64,000 nt of DNA from contig CM041465.1 of NCBI GenBank assembly GCA_023213395.1, positions 146,513,741 to 146,577,740 on the forward strand, in the 5' to 3' direction. Positions 51,848 through 64,000 of this stretch are shown one piece after another. Source of the stretch: Cycas panzhihuaensis. Taxonomy: Eukaryota > Plantae > Cycadophyta. Below the pieces are notes generated by a model, which worked only from the letters and a program-made list of their open reading frames with translations, did no database searches and was not told where the DNA came from. Position numbers and translations under genes: made by a program. Position 1 is the first letter of the stretch. Every line of letters begins with the position of its first letter.

Positions 51848-54800
51848 TTAAACAAGATTCCTCTCAGCCTCCCCACTATGTGCATCAATCCTTACCAGTC
51901 TCAGTAGCTCTTCCGGGTAGTCCTCCTTCTAGACTATAGTTCTTTTATTTATCACAGCCCAGTTTGCCAGCCAGTCTGCTGCCGAATTCCCTTCCCTATA
52001 GGTGTGCTAGATCTGTACACCAATTTTGGAGCTAAGAACATCTTGCACGTCTCTAATAATATCTGTGTTATTCCACCCTAGATCTGATTCCCCCCTTAAA
52101 CAATTTATCACATACATGGAGTCGCCTTCTACAATCACCTTCTATGCTCCCTCCTCGCCCATCAGAGCTATCGCCCTTTGCATGGCCTGTACCTCTACTT
52201 TTTGGTTTGATTGGATACCTAAGTACTCTGCGAAAGCCCAATTCACATTCCCCAAATGATCCCTGCAGAGACCTCCTCCTCTCGCCTCTCCGGGATTACT
52301 TTTGGCAACTCCATCAAAGTTAATTTTTCCCTAGGTTATGTCTGGAGGGATCCATTTGATTGCTCTCCTCCTCTCTCTACCATGCTTCAGAGGGCTTATT
52401 CCCCAATCCTCAAGAACTCCTTCTTCCCCCTTGGGGATCCTGTCCTCCTTTGGGGGAACCAACATTTTTGAAATACCCTTCCTGATCTCAGCAACCAATA
52501 TCACACTGTCTGTCTCTTTACCCTAAAAAATTCTCCTATTATGTTCTTTCCAAAAAGTCCAAGAGCCTACCGAGAGGATCATCTTCTAAAGACTAGTGAG
52601 CGTTTTACTCTTGAATGGAGAATCCCATGCAATCCACTAGTCTTTTAGTGATTTAGATGAAACCCATACCAGACCAAGCCTGGACCAAATTTCGTTCCAA
52701 ATTCCATTAGAATAGGGACAATGAATACAGAGGTGGTCCAGGGTCTCAGCTTCCACCTTGCAAAGAACGCACCTATTTACCAACTGGAAGCCCCGCTTCA
52801 AGAGGTTATCCATTGTAAGGATTTTATTTTGTAAGCATAACCACAAAAAAGCAGTGATCTTTAGGAGGAGCCCCAACTTCCAAACCCCAGCCAACAGGTC
52901 ATTCCTAGCCCAACCTTCCCTATTCATCATTAGGTTATAACCATCTTTAACCGTGTATGAGCCCTTAGACGAAAGGGGTTAAACTAAAGTGTCAGGAGAG
53001 GACCGCTTCGGAATGTACTAGTTTTATAAAACCCCCTTCATACTCTGAATCTCCTCCTTAAGACCTTGTAGCTCCTTGAACGATCTCCACCACCTGTCCT
53101 TATCCTGCCCCACCTAGTAATGCTTGACAAGAGACCTATAGCTATTCTCACATTCCCTCTTCATGGTGCCAATATTTAGCAACTCCTCTAATTTAGAGGG
53201 TCTGCACCATTTGTCTTCCCAAAACCTTATACTTTCTCTGTCCCCCAGTCTCCAACGCATTCCATCTCACAAGATGGACCGCGTAGTCTAAATAGCTCTC
53301 TATATGGGGGATCACTCCTAGCAAAACTCCTCCTCCATTAGGAAATGTTTATCCCTTAAGTATTTCCTTGCTATAATTATCCCCCAGACTGAGCTAGCTT
53401 CTTTGGTAAGTCTCCACGCCACCTTGGCCAAAAGGGCTTCGTTAAAAAGGCCCAGCCTTCTAACATTAAGTCCTCCTGCCCACTTAGGCTTACGAACCTT
53501 CTCCCATGAAACTAGATGGACTCTTTTTTTATCTTCAGCCCCAGACTAAAGAAATCTCTTCATAATGCCCTCTAATGTAAAGATAACCTTACCTAGCATC
53601 TTAAAAATGGACATATGGTAAACTGGAATGCTTTGAAGAGAGGCCACCACTAGCTGGATTTTCCTAGCCCAGCTAAGAAGCGCCCCTTTCCATCCTGCCA
53701 ATTTCCTGTTGAATCTACTCACAACGGGGTCCCACAGATTCTTCCCCATCTTACCCATGAAGAGGGGCATGCCCAGATATGAGGTAGGAAGGGGTCTTCT
53801 GGAGATCTCCAAAGCCCTGTTAATCCTTCTCTGTTGCCTCTCCATTGTATTGATAAAAAAGGATGAGCTTTTATCCAGGTTGATTCTTTGGTTAGTAGCC
53901 CTTTCATATGCTTGAAGATCTACTTTTAAAGCCCTAGCTTCCCCCAGGGAGGCCTTACACAGAAAGATGTTGTTGTCGACAAATTGATGATGTACAATAT
54001 TGTCCAAATTGGAAGATGCTGTCAATCCTGTAATCCACCATGACCTCTGGGCCTTCAATGTAGCCCTCCCTAATAATTCTTCCATGATAATGAAAAGGAA
54101 GGGTGAGAGGGGATCGCCTTGTCTTAAACCCCTAGATCCGGGAAAGAAAGATGTCGACCACCTATTTATAATTACTGAAAATGATACCCTAGATATACAG
54201 CATCTCATCCAGTCCCTCCAAACCTCCCCAAAACCAAATGCTTTTAAGCAATCCAATAGACAGTCCCAAGCCACCCTATCGTAGGCCTTGGACATATCTG
54301 TTTTAATTACCATACTTGCTTCCTTTCGATGAAGAGTCGAGTGCAGAGTTTCGTGGACAGTAATAATACCATCCGTAATTTGTCTTCCCTTGACAAATCT
54401 GTCTTGATTTGGAGAAATGATAGCTGGAAGGGTCTCCCTGAGGCGATTTGCTAATACTTTAGCCAAAATCTTATATTTTATGTTACAGAGGCTGATTAGC
54501 CTAAAATCTTCCATCGCTTTCGCTCCCTCCTTCTTCGGGATCAAGACCAAGAATGTGGCCTGCCACTCTTTCAGAATTGTTTGCCTGAGAAAGAATTCGT
54601 TTAATGCTAATATTAAATCATCCTTGATAATCTCCCAGTATTCTTGAAAAAAATTGGGAGGAAACCCATCCAGACCTGGGGCCTCATCCCTACCCATTTT
54701 GAATAAAGCATTCCTGACTTCTTCCTGAGAGAAGGGTTCTATCAATTTGCTGTTAAGAGCCTCAGAGATCACCTTCAGAATGTGTTGCATAAGGCCAGCC

Positions 54801-56059
54801 CTTAGGTCAGGATCCTGGCATCCAGGTTCTATGTATAACTCCTTAAAATATTCCACTGCAATTCTACCAAATTGGTCCTCTAACTCATGTACCACCCCAT
54901 CTATACTTCAAAGTTTACTAATCCTGTTATGAGCCCTGTGCTTCAAGGTGGACAGATGGAAGAACTTAGTATTTATGTCCCCCTCCCTAATCCACTACTC
55001 TCTGGATTTCTGTTTCCAAAGGATTTCCTCCCTAGCCAGCACCTCTTCTAATTTCCCAGTGGTGAGATGTTCAGTTTGATCCAAATCTTGGGTCCTATCC
55101 TCTATTTGGATCCTATCCTCGATCCCTTTTAACTCTGATAATAAGGCACCTTTGTCTTCAAATATGTTACCAAAGACCTCCTTATTCCAGATCTTGATTT
55201 ATTTTTTAATCCAATTTAACTTCCCCGAGAACTTGAACATAGTACAACCCTAAACTGGGACTCCCCACCATTCACCAACCCGCCCCCTAAGGTCCGGATG
55301 CTTTTTCCACATGAGTTCGAAATGGAAGGGGGCCCTTTTATGATTACTTGGGGTGGAGCCCTCAAGAACTAGGGGGGAGTGGTTTGAACTAGACTTCGAA
55401 AGAGCCTCTAGTTTAGATCCTTCGAAGTGACAGGACCATTCATAGTTTGTTAGCACCCTGTCTAATCTGCATTGAATGTGATTATTTCCTAAATGCCTGT
55501 TGGACCAAGTATACCTAGCTCCCCTAAGGGGAGTGTCCATCAGGCCTCCCACTTTTAAGAACTCTCCAAGATCAGATATGCTTTTGGTCTAACTAGATTG
55601 CCCCCCTATCTTCTCTTCCAGGCTTAAGGGCATATTGAAGTCCCTCGCCACCAACTAGGGACCATCCCAATCTTTATGGGCCTCCACCAGTCTTTCTCAT
55701 AGGCTCTTCCTCCCCTCAATTGAAGTGGGTGCATAAACATTAGTGATCCAATACTCCTTATTAGTCTATACACAAACTAGACTTAAGGTTATGAAGTATG
55801 CATTCATGCCCACTTCATAGCCTTTCCACCTATTTGGGTTACATAGGGAGGCCAGCCCCCTAGAGCCTGTCGATCCTGCGACCACCCTCCCTTCTCCCCT
55901 TCTCCAGATCTTGTTGAACACCTCTCCTTCCTTGACCTATTCTAATTTTGTCTCTTGTAAGAGGACTAAATTTGCATCAGTCTTAATCCTTGATTCCTTA
56001 ACCAATCACTGCTTTGATGGGGTATTGAGGCCCCTTATGTTCCAAGATAAGACTTTCAT
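51848..56059 (-). pseudogene. LINE ORF2: APE endonuclease, RT, zf-RVT, RNase H (nonsense-disrupted)
   Basis: Starts MKVLSWNIRGL; RLDRVL..SNHSPL..PFHFELMW (55250-55552); RT APGLDG, DMSKAYDRV, GLRQGDPLSP (53546-54895); zf-RVT RCVLCKVEAETLDHLCIHC (52637-52930); RNase H KLNFDG..VEGDS..HTYREGNSAADWLAN. Confidence 0.95.
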
Positions 56060-58240
56060 GGGTGTCACGGGACCCCTCCCCTCATCCTTTCCTGCTTCTA
56101 AGGGTAGGGCCCTTTAACGCACCCCCCTCCTTTAATGTACTCTAGTATCCCAAACCGATCTGAGCTTGTGTTTCCTTTTCCCTGGTAGCCTTTTTAGGTG
56201 GCCTTCCTACCTTCTTTTCCATCCCATAGTCTGGAGCCCTCTTTGGGTCTAGTATATTACCTTTTGAGACCTATTTACAAGTCTTGCCTCCTTCCTTTTC
56301 TAGATCCACTACTTTAGCCCCAATTCCAGTAGCTCCTTCAGCTACGAAACCTACCTGCCCCTCTGCATGGGTCAACTCCCGGTATCCCCCCTCTTCTGGC
56401 TCTGAAAGATAATCCTCTAAGTCCCAGTTAATATTCTTCACAAGCTGAGCCAAAGTTGGCTCTGCACCTGATGGGGAGGAATCCCCTCCCCCAGACAACC
56501 GCCCAGCTTCCTTTGTTTGATCTTTAGATCCCTCTGTCGATAGTCCCTCTACCAAACATTGAGTTATTATCGTGTTTCTGTCAACATCTACACCTTTGGA
56601 TTATCCCTTTCCTGCCTCTATTACCTCTGAATCTTTGCTACCTTCTTCTTGAACTACCCTATCTACCAGTTTCTCACCAACTTTTATTTTCTCTAAGGGG
56701 CATACCAATGCGTAGCCTAACTCCACATCCATTCTCTGGCCCCTTGCGCTTAGGGACTTCCTGATATCATTCTCCGCGGCACCTTTGGATGCCTCATTTC
56801 CTACACCTCCTATCATGTCCCCTACCTTACCTAGCCTTTCAGGGCTTCCAGTCGAGTCCTCCTCCCTGATTACTTCTACTTCTCCATCTTCTTTCTCTTT
56901 ACATTCTTCTTGCTTTTCCATCCTTGCTGGAACGCCTGGGCATTGAAAAGGGAGATACCCCCCTACACTTACACTTTATGCATCTAAAACCCTCCACTTC
57001 AAAAAATAAGCTTTAAATAATGGATCTACCATCTGACTCAATCTCGACCTCATCTGGGAGTTCACTATTAAGCTTAGCAAGGATGCAAAATCTTGCATTC
57101 ATCAGACGGGATCTATATTTTGTTACTGAGTCTATTGCAAGTAAAGGCCTGATCGTCTTGGCCGCCCCTTTAACCGTCTCTAAATTCTAGAAATGCAAGG
57201 GTAACCCTAGCATCTGCACCCATACTAGGGCTTGTTTAACCACAGGGATCCCAGGATCAAAATATGGGTGCCACTTCTCCAGAGACATGCCCTTTCTCCC
57301 AAACATCCATGGTGATTTAAGAAGAATAGGAATCAAATCCTCCTAATTAGTAAATCTAAAAAGGACATAGCCCTTCAGCATTACCATAACTTGAATTGGG
57401 TTTCTAGTTTTCCACTTATTTCTAATCCACTCTTAGATGATGTCCAACCCTAGTCTAGGGCCCGAAAACCTACCCACCAGGCTGTTTTCCTAGTATTAAA
57501 TGGTCTTTTCAGTGACCTTTTTCGAGATTGAGATTTTAAACTTGTTTCCAATCTTGATAGGGTAACTTTCATGTTTAACATGGTTTCCATTCCTCAGTAT
57601 GTCAAGGTATGTCCTCCCCGGGGATGAGGACTAAGACTAGTTTGGTATTGTTTGCATCATTTAGATAACAAAGAAAACTTATAATAACTACATTCACTCA
57701 CCACTACATAGAAACTACAGATCACTACATAGGCTTGCCTCCTTCCTACCTTAGATTTCTGCCTCTTTGGGTCTTCTAGAGTACTGTGCATGGATAAATA
57801 ATCTCCGTCTTTATCTAATGCTCTTATGGCCTCCACCCTCCATAGGTAAGCAAGGTTTTCTCTAGCTCCACCCTGGTTAAGCCATTTATGGATGTGATGC
57901 TCCTCGAGCTTGTGAGGATGAGTAGGCGCGACCTCATCTCTTCCTTTTTTCGCTGTCACCAGGCCTTCTTTCTGGCTTGTCTCTGAGCTACCTCTATCTG
58001 TACATTTGAAGCCATGATCCTCCCTAGCTAGGATTGTCCTTTGTTCCCTGTCGCCTCTCCTTCCACCAAATCTTCCTCTGTTTGAGTCAAATCTTGTGCA
58101 TACCTTGCTGTCTTCATAGTCACATTACGAACCTAGTCTGTCCATGGCCTCATGCCATCGCAGAGTCCTTCTGGGGGGAGCAGCCCCCCCCTCGCCTTCG
58201 CCTCCATCTCCTGCTAACCCTAGCTGCTAGAACCATCTGA
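56060..58240 (-). pseudogene. LINE ORF1 (DUF4283-like plus zinc knuckle), disrupted
   Basis: LVGRFSG..(W)IRNKW..GYVLFRF..PWMFGRKGMSLEKWHPYFDP..VWVQML (57200-57490); CIKCKCRGY..QCP (~56940-56985); E/G-rich C-terminus. Boundaries approximate. Confidence 0.8.
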
Positions 58241-59768
58241 CGCAATACCAGTCGTTCATCATCTTCGTCCACCCTAGCTTCTAGCTGTGGCATTTGCTCA
58301 AATTTTTTGTCATTAATAAAACACGATCGGCTATATTTTTTATTGTCATGCATGTAAATTTTTTAATCAACATGTCAGTTTATATGCTACTACCTAGATT
58401 TAGTGGAAACTAACTCTATTCATGCCTAGAACTCTCTAAAACCCTAGAGTGGTCATGGATTCAATAGGTAATGTGGTTGATGCTAAGATTTTTTAGTGTG
58501 ATTCTTGAGAAATTAAGAGATTTTGCTTGGTATTTTGGAGATCTATCTTAGAGAAAAAGTGAAGTCAAGAGAAGGGATTTGAAGCTCTATTTGCTATCTG
58601 GTTGTTGTACAAATCTTAATTATTGTTGCTCATTGAGGTACTTAGTTTATTATAATTTTCTACTTCGAACTTTATATTCTTGGTAATATCTTTCCTATTT
58701 TGGTTCTCTTTATTCTACAACTTTTTGATGACTTCTTGTAACCATATTTATTTCTCTCCTCTTGCTAATTTCTAAAAACCTTTGTTTGCATTTTTATTCC
58801 TTCTAAAAACTTGGTTGAAAGGTTAGCCCTTTGTAGGAAAAAAAAGGGGTAGGCTATTGTGAAGAATAATCATCTCTTCACCATAAATATAACTACTCTT
58901 TTTCATTCTCCTTGGTTGTCCAAGTTCCCTAAGAGATCTAGTCTCATACTTTCCTTATCTTTGGCTATTCTTAGACTTATTCTTCTTAGTTTTTCTCTCT
59001 TTTTCTTATTGAATTTAAGGGAAAACTTGAGAAAGATTGATCATATAAAAGGGAGATAGTTATTCTGAGGTAAGAATTCATCATTAGAATTGATATTTTA
59101 AGAAAACTATTGGTGTTGTGTCTCTTGATTTAATCTTTTTCATTTTCTCTCATTTTAGGAAAGGAATTTAGGTGCATGAATGATATATTTTTGTTGTAAT
59201 TAGATTGTGCGAGGTTCAAGGATCCTATGGTGTTCAAAATCCTCCATGAGTGATAAAATCTTTTCATGATACTACTCTATTATTTTTTTGTAAAAAAGGA
59301 TTAATTATAGATAATTGCATGTGATTTTCATGGACTATATCATTCTCACTTATTGAAAATTAGATCTAAAATCTCTCATTTCTATTAGAATCATTCTTGA
59401 AATCAAAATAACATATAAATGAAATGGAAAGTATCATATAAATATTGCATGTTATTTCACTTTTCATTAAGTTTCATATAGAATCGCATATCATATACTT
59501 ACATTTCATGTTAGTTATTCTTATTGAAAAAGTATGTTTTGCATTTAAAAGAAATGGTTTCTCTTTTATTTTAGTGTATTTTATTAAAAACAAAAAAAAA
59601 GGGAAAAGAAGTTGTATATGTGATTAGTTCTCTTAGTTAATTTGAAAACAGGGTAGCTAGATCTTATTATCTCTTCGTCTTTATTCTTGTATGCTTTCAT
59701 TAGGATAAAAAGCAGGAAAAAAAAAAAAAAAAAAAATTTCATCACTTAACCCTTTCTTTCATTTTTAG

Positions 59769-61060
59769 TAAAACTCAAAAGGTTGAAACAATAAGAGGAA
59801 AGAAGTACCTAAGAAGGTAGAAGTGTACCTATGAGGGTCACTATGGATAAGGACCTCTAGACAAATTCTAATGCTATAAAAGGGGCCTAGAGACCTCAAA
59901 GAAAGGATAGGTTATCCTCAAAGAGCATTCACATTCCAGAACACAGGTTTGGGGACCTACATATAGTGCAATAATATTATTTTCCTTCTGGATACCTTTC
60001 TTAGTTTGAATTGGGTAATGAGGTGTCTTTGGGTAGCCAAATAGACTAAAGAGAGCTCTCATATCCTTGGAGGGATAGAAGAGGAGCTAGACCTCCCAGA
60101 GGAGAGTTAGGGGGTAAGAAGGCAGGTGAGGGAGCTTCTAGCAGAGACTTAGAGGTAGTAGCAGTGATCATAGCACCAATAGAGGTAGTTATAGCTATAG
60201 GTAGAGGAGAGGTCCTTAGACCAAAGGAGGTAGAAGGAGGTGATGCACTAGGTACTTCCAGAGGAGAGGAGGAGTTAGGAGAGGAGAAGATCATCACAGT
60301 AGCTATAGGTGTGGCAACTGAGGATGTGCCAGGTGCCCTAGGGCTGAGATATCCTCTATTATTCTAGATTTAGCTCTTTGTTTTTAGTTATTTGATGTTC
60401 ATAGAGTTTGTTTGAGGTGCTTTGATTTTGATGGATTGTTAGATATGCTCCTACTGACATCTTGATGTGTGTAGATGATAGGTGGAGATGGCATGGGAGA
60501 GCTAATAAGGCAGGTGGTTACTGAGATTTTCCCATGAGTATACAAGGAGTGACATCTTCCCATCATAGCTGGTGAGAAGCCCATGTCATCAAGGAGGCAT
60601 ACAATAGCTTTTTCTCCATTCATACTGGTATGGGATATGTAGGTTATAGAGGCTCATCAACTATGAGGTAAGGGAGATCAGTTGCAAGGAGAGAGGAACT
60701 AGCTCTAGGTCAAGAAGGACTAGCTACAAGCTAGGGTGTAGGTATTGGAGGCTTGAGGAGGAGCTAGGGATGTCAGTAATAATGTGAGGTTTGTTGTACT
60801 CAAGGAGAGGCTCTACGAGATGAAGAGTAAGCAAGATTGATTACTAGATGAGAGGCAGTGACTGGTGGGGGACAGGGATTGGCTATAGGTAAGGTATAAT
60901 TACCTAATCGATTAGATGGCTACTCAATCCTCATATAGTAGGACCTAGATGGTGACACCATCATAGAGGAGGGATAGAGATGAGGAGAGTGAGGTTGGGA
61001 CCTCACAATAGAGGAGGAGGAGGAGCGTAGGAGGTATGTGGTCTCCTAGCAAGGGAGCAT
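59769..61060 (+). pseudogene. Putative antisense extra ORF of a Tat/Retand-like element (E/R/G-rich, coiled-coil-like), disrupted
   Basis: Purine-rich coding-like sequence opposite in orientation to, and downstream of, the integrase at 61950-62630; preceded by an intron-like segment. Confidence 0.5.
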
Positions 61061-61249
61061 GTGGTTGAGGAGAGGATACCCTATGAGGATATCCATTGTA
61101 TTATAGATTTTGATAGAGGAATGCTCCAGACCTCTAGGGGGTCCCTTATCACACACAGATACATGATTTTACATGCCCCCTATTGGGATTATAGCTTTCT
61201 TAAGTACATGATACCAACATTTTATATCATTATTCTTTTTTTTTATTTT

Positions 61250-61312
61250 TTGTGTGTGTATGTGTATGTATGTATGTATGTATGTATGTATCTATCTATC
61301 TATATATATATA
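61250..61312. repeat. Compound (TG)n(TATG)n(TATC)n(TA)n microsatellite
   Basis: Direct inspection. Confidence 0.9.
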
Positions 61313-61949
61313 CAGGGGCCACATTGGTACCCTATTTAACATATTGCACTTTGTTTTGATCATGGATGTATGTATGTAGAGATCATAGTATATATTGATT
61401 TATATTTATTGTGTCATTTATATGTAAATGTTTGTAGATGTGATGTATTCTTTTATGTAGAATGCACTTACATCAAGCACACATGATCACCCTATGTGAT
61501 AGGTGACCTCGCATACGACCAGGGTGAGGGGATCATGCATGTGCCTTAGATGGGATATGGGGACCCAAATAAGAAAGCAATAAGATAGGTATGGATACCC
61601 TAAGGAACAATAAAAAAGAGGGATAAGGATTATCCTTAAGGGTTTTTCCAAGTAGCAACTTATGCTCAGAAGTAAAACTAAGTCACATCCTTGGATGAAA
61701 GCCTAGCCATGAGTGTGGCATCAAATTGATATGAATGAACAATTACTGATATAAATAAAAATGATAGGTAGCTCCTTTGGAAAGGGACATGGCTTCCTCA
61801 TCAACACATGAAGTGACCTAAGATCTAGACACGTGTCACTCCCCAAGTATGGAGGCATGGTGAAGCATGTAGGAGGGTAGTTTAGGCTCATTTTAGAGTG
61901 AATGAGGGTATCCATTCTACTCCAATGTAGAAGGGATCATACATAGAAT

Positions 61950-62630
61950 TTCTTTAGGAACTTATCATTTATGGATTTGTCAAATTCAAGTTCTTCCAGT
62001 GTCATTATCCAATAGGAACTGTTGTTGAGGCTCTTGAGAACGATGAAGGGGTCCACCCATTTGGGGTCAAATTTCGATAAGCAATTATGGAGGTACTCTA
62101 GTTTGAGGACTTGGTCCCCAAGGTTTGGAGGATAAGGGCATAGACATTTATCATATGTCCTTCATGCCCTATCCTTAGAGGTAATATTTGCTTGGTATGA
62201 TGCCAAGTGTTTCTATTCTAGGGCTTTAGGGCCTAGGAAGCAAGCTTGGCAATATGACTCCTCATTAATGAGACCCCTAGGAAAACTCTCAAAGAAGGGA
62301 TCTCAACTTCTACGGGGAGGACCAGTTCAGTCCCATACACAAGGGAGAATGAGGTCATTCCCATTGCGGTATGAATAAAGGTATGATATGCCTATAGGGC
62401 ATAATGGAGTTGGAGTTTCCAATCTTTTTAGGATTGGGCCATTGTCTTCTTTAAAATATTAATAAGAATTTTATTAAATGTTTCAATTTGGCTATTACCT
62501 GGGGGGTAGTAGGGAGATAAGGTATTATGAGATATCTTGAATTTCTCATAAAGTCCATCCATCTCTTTATTGCAAAAGGGAGTGCCATTATCTATGATTA
62601 GGACATTCAGGATGCTAAATTGATGGATAA
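61950..62630 (-). pseudogene. Ty3/gypsy (Tat/Ogre/Retand-like) integrase core and C-terminus
   Basis: IIHQF..LIIDNGTPF..SPYYPPGNSQIETFNKILINILKK (ORF 62428-62691); SLVYGTELVLPVE (~62310-62350); KFDPKWVDPF (~62045-62075). Confidence 0.88.
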
Positions 62631-62634
62631 TAGA

Positions 62635-64000
62635 GGAAGAAGATAAGGTTGAGATCATGCCCATACCCCTAATAATAGGATTTAGTCCCATGGAAGATGG
62701 AAAGATAATAAAGGATGAGGTTACTCAAATCCTCCTTGTGATGCTAAAGTCTACTTCAATTGTGGTAGGCCTGGACACTTCTTAAGCAATTGTAGGACTT
62801 TTGATATTTGCTACTATTATGGATAACCTAGACATTATCCCTACTAATGTTAGAAAAGAAAAGCTAAGTTCTAGAGAGGAAAAAGACCTATGGGAAATTA
62901 CAGCATAGAGCAGGGTGATAAATATGAAGAAGAGATAGCCTTTATTGCTACACTTATAGAGTCCTGAGGATGAAGAGGTATGGTACATTGACTCTAGAGC
63001 TTTAAGGCATATGATAGGGTAAGAGAACTGGTTTGAATCACTAAAACCCTACACCTTAAATAAATCTATTAAATTAGGGGACAAGTATCCTTTGAATATC
63101 AAAGGCATAACTACCATAGTTATTAAAGTAAAAGGTGTAGTGCAAAAAATTAGAAATGTACTTTTTATATATAGTTTGGAAAAAAATATTCTGTCTATCT
63201 CTTAACTAGGAAAGAAAACGTTGAGGATGGTATTTGATGAAGAAGGACATTGTTATATCCTATACATGAAGAAAAATAGTGATGTAATTATAAAATGGAT
63301 AGAAAGTAATGATCTATATAGGCTACTTTTAAATCTTGTAGTTGCTAATAAGGATATAAAGGCATACACTATAACCGATATTGATAATAATAAATTATGG
63401 CATTTTAAGTATAGGCATATCTCCATAGATAAATTAGCTCAATTACAAAAGTCACAAATGGTTGATGGTCTTCTAAATATTGAATTTCATTATTTTGTTT
63501 GTAAAAATTATCAACTTGGAAAATAAAATCATCACCCTTTTAAGAAAAATGAATGGTAAGCTCAAAATAAGTTGGAATTGATACATATTAACTTATGTGG
63601 ACCTCTTACTCCTTGCTCTATTAATAGCACTAGATATTTTTTAACATTCATTAATGACTTTTCTAAGAAAATTTGGATTTATTTTCTCTATAGTAAATCT
63701 AAATTTTTTTAAAAGCTCAAAGAATTCAAGGCAGAAGTTGAATTAGAATTTGAATCAAGAATAAAATACATTAGGTTAAATAGTGGAGGAGAATATATTT
63801 TCAAAAGAATTTTTGAATTTCTATAAAGCACATGGAATATGTGGATAATTCACAACTACTTACATGCCACAATCTAATGGAATTATTGAATAGATGAATA
63901 GAACAATTATGGAGATGGCCTGAGCATGATTGAAGACAGGTAGATCTCAAAAATCTACTAGGCTAAAGTAGTTAGAATAACTACTTATCATTCAAACCAA
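62635..64000 (+). pseudogene. Ty1/copia gag-pol fragment (knuckle, protease, GAG-pre-integrase, integrase), runs off window
   Basis: FNCGRPGHFLSNC (~62755-62793); VWYIDSRALRHM (~62977); LWHFKYRHIS (ORF 63221-63526); LELIHINLCGP, TFINDFSKKIWIY, SGGEY (63570-63800). Confidence 0.92.

Larger units (their letters stand above)
51730..58301 (-). mobile_element. Full-length L1-clade LINE with RNase H
   Basis: Poly(A) tail (T run 51730-51738), TSD ATTTTTTGTC (51720-51729, 58302-58311), ORF1 and ORF2; markedly higher GC than flanks. Confidence 0.95.

Noticed and set aside
53546-54895. 449 aa ORF as a functional host gene
   Set aside because: It is the RT segment of a nonsense-disrupted LINE ORF2; the catalytic motif reads FVDN instead of FADD.
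465-61339. Short hydrophobic F/L/I/S-rich ORFs in the ORF track (e.g. 465-683, 5707-6015, 38370-38639, 47488-47745, 50028-50279, 61061-61339)
   Set aside because: Antisense or shadow frames of purine-rich TE sequence or low-complexity DNA; no gene structure support.

Overview
AT-rich, CpG-depleted intergenic DNA from a large plant genome (element style suggests a gymnosperm-like, heavily methylated genome; the species cannot be identified). No intact host gene, RNA gene or CRISPR array is supported. The window is a stack of decayed retroelements: (1) the 3' end of a Ty3/gypsy element with an extra ORF (1-1880); (2) LTR remnants and a very eroded LINE (7.4-12.7 kb); (3) a 5'-truncated Reina-like chromovirus (12.8-17.3 kb, -); (4) a non-coding LTR element A (17.5-21.2 kb); (5) a Ty1/copia element C (21838-37152, -, TSD TTAGG) carrying two nested non-autonomous elements, B (26576-30347) and the TR-GAG-like D (32023-36496, TSD GAGCA); (6) a full-length non-chromovirus gypsy element (39171-49050, +, TSD CCCTT) of the same family as (1); (7) a full-length L1-type LINE with RNase H (51730-58301, -, TSD ATTTTTTGTC); (8) a Tat/Retand-like integrase with a putative spliced antisense extra ORF, abutting a copia gag-pol fragment at the window end. 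The best candidate for an undescribed system is in element (6): a ~1.2 kb hierarchical (21-22/65/195 bp) array of one palindromic motif (inferred ancestral GTCGCGAC, also present in the LTRs) directly upstream of an extra ORF that is conserved at protein level between the two family members, an architecture reminiscent of TE-encoded anti-silencing systems. Also notable: PBS sequences embedded at the LTR ends of A and B, a Q/G/P/Y heptad repeat in copia Gag, and strong C-to-T erosion outside CpG context. All alignments and translations were done by eye; internal domain boundaries are approximate.
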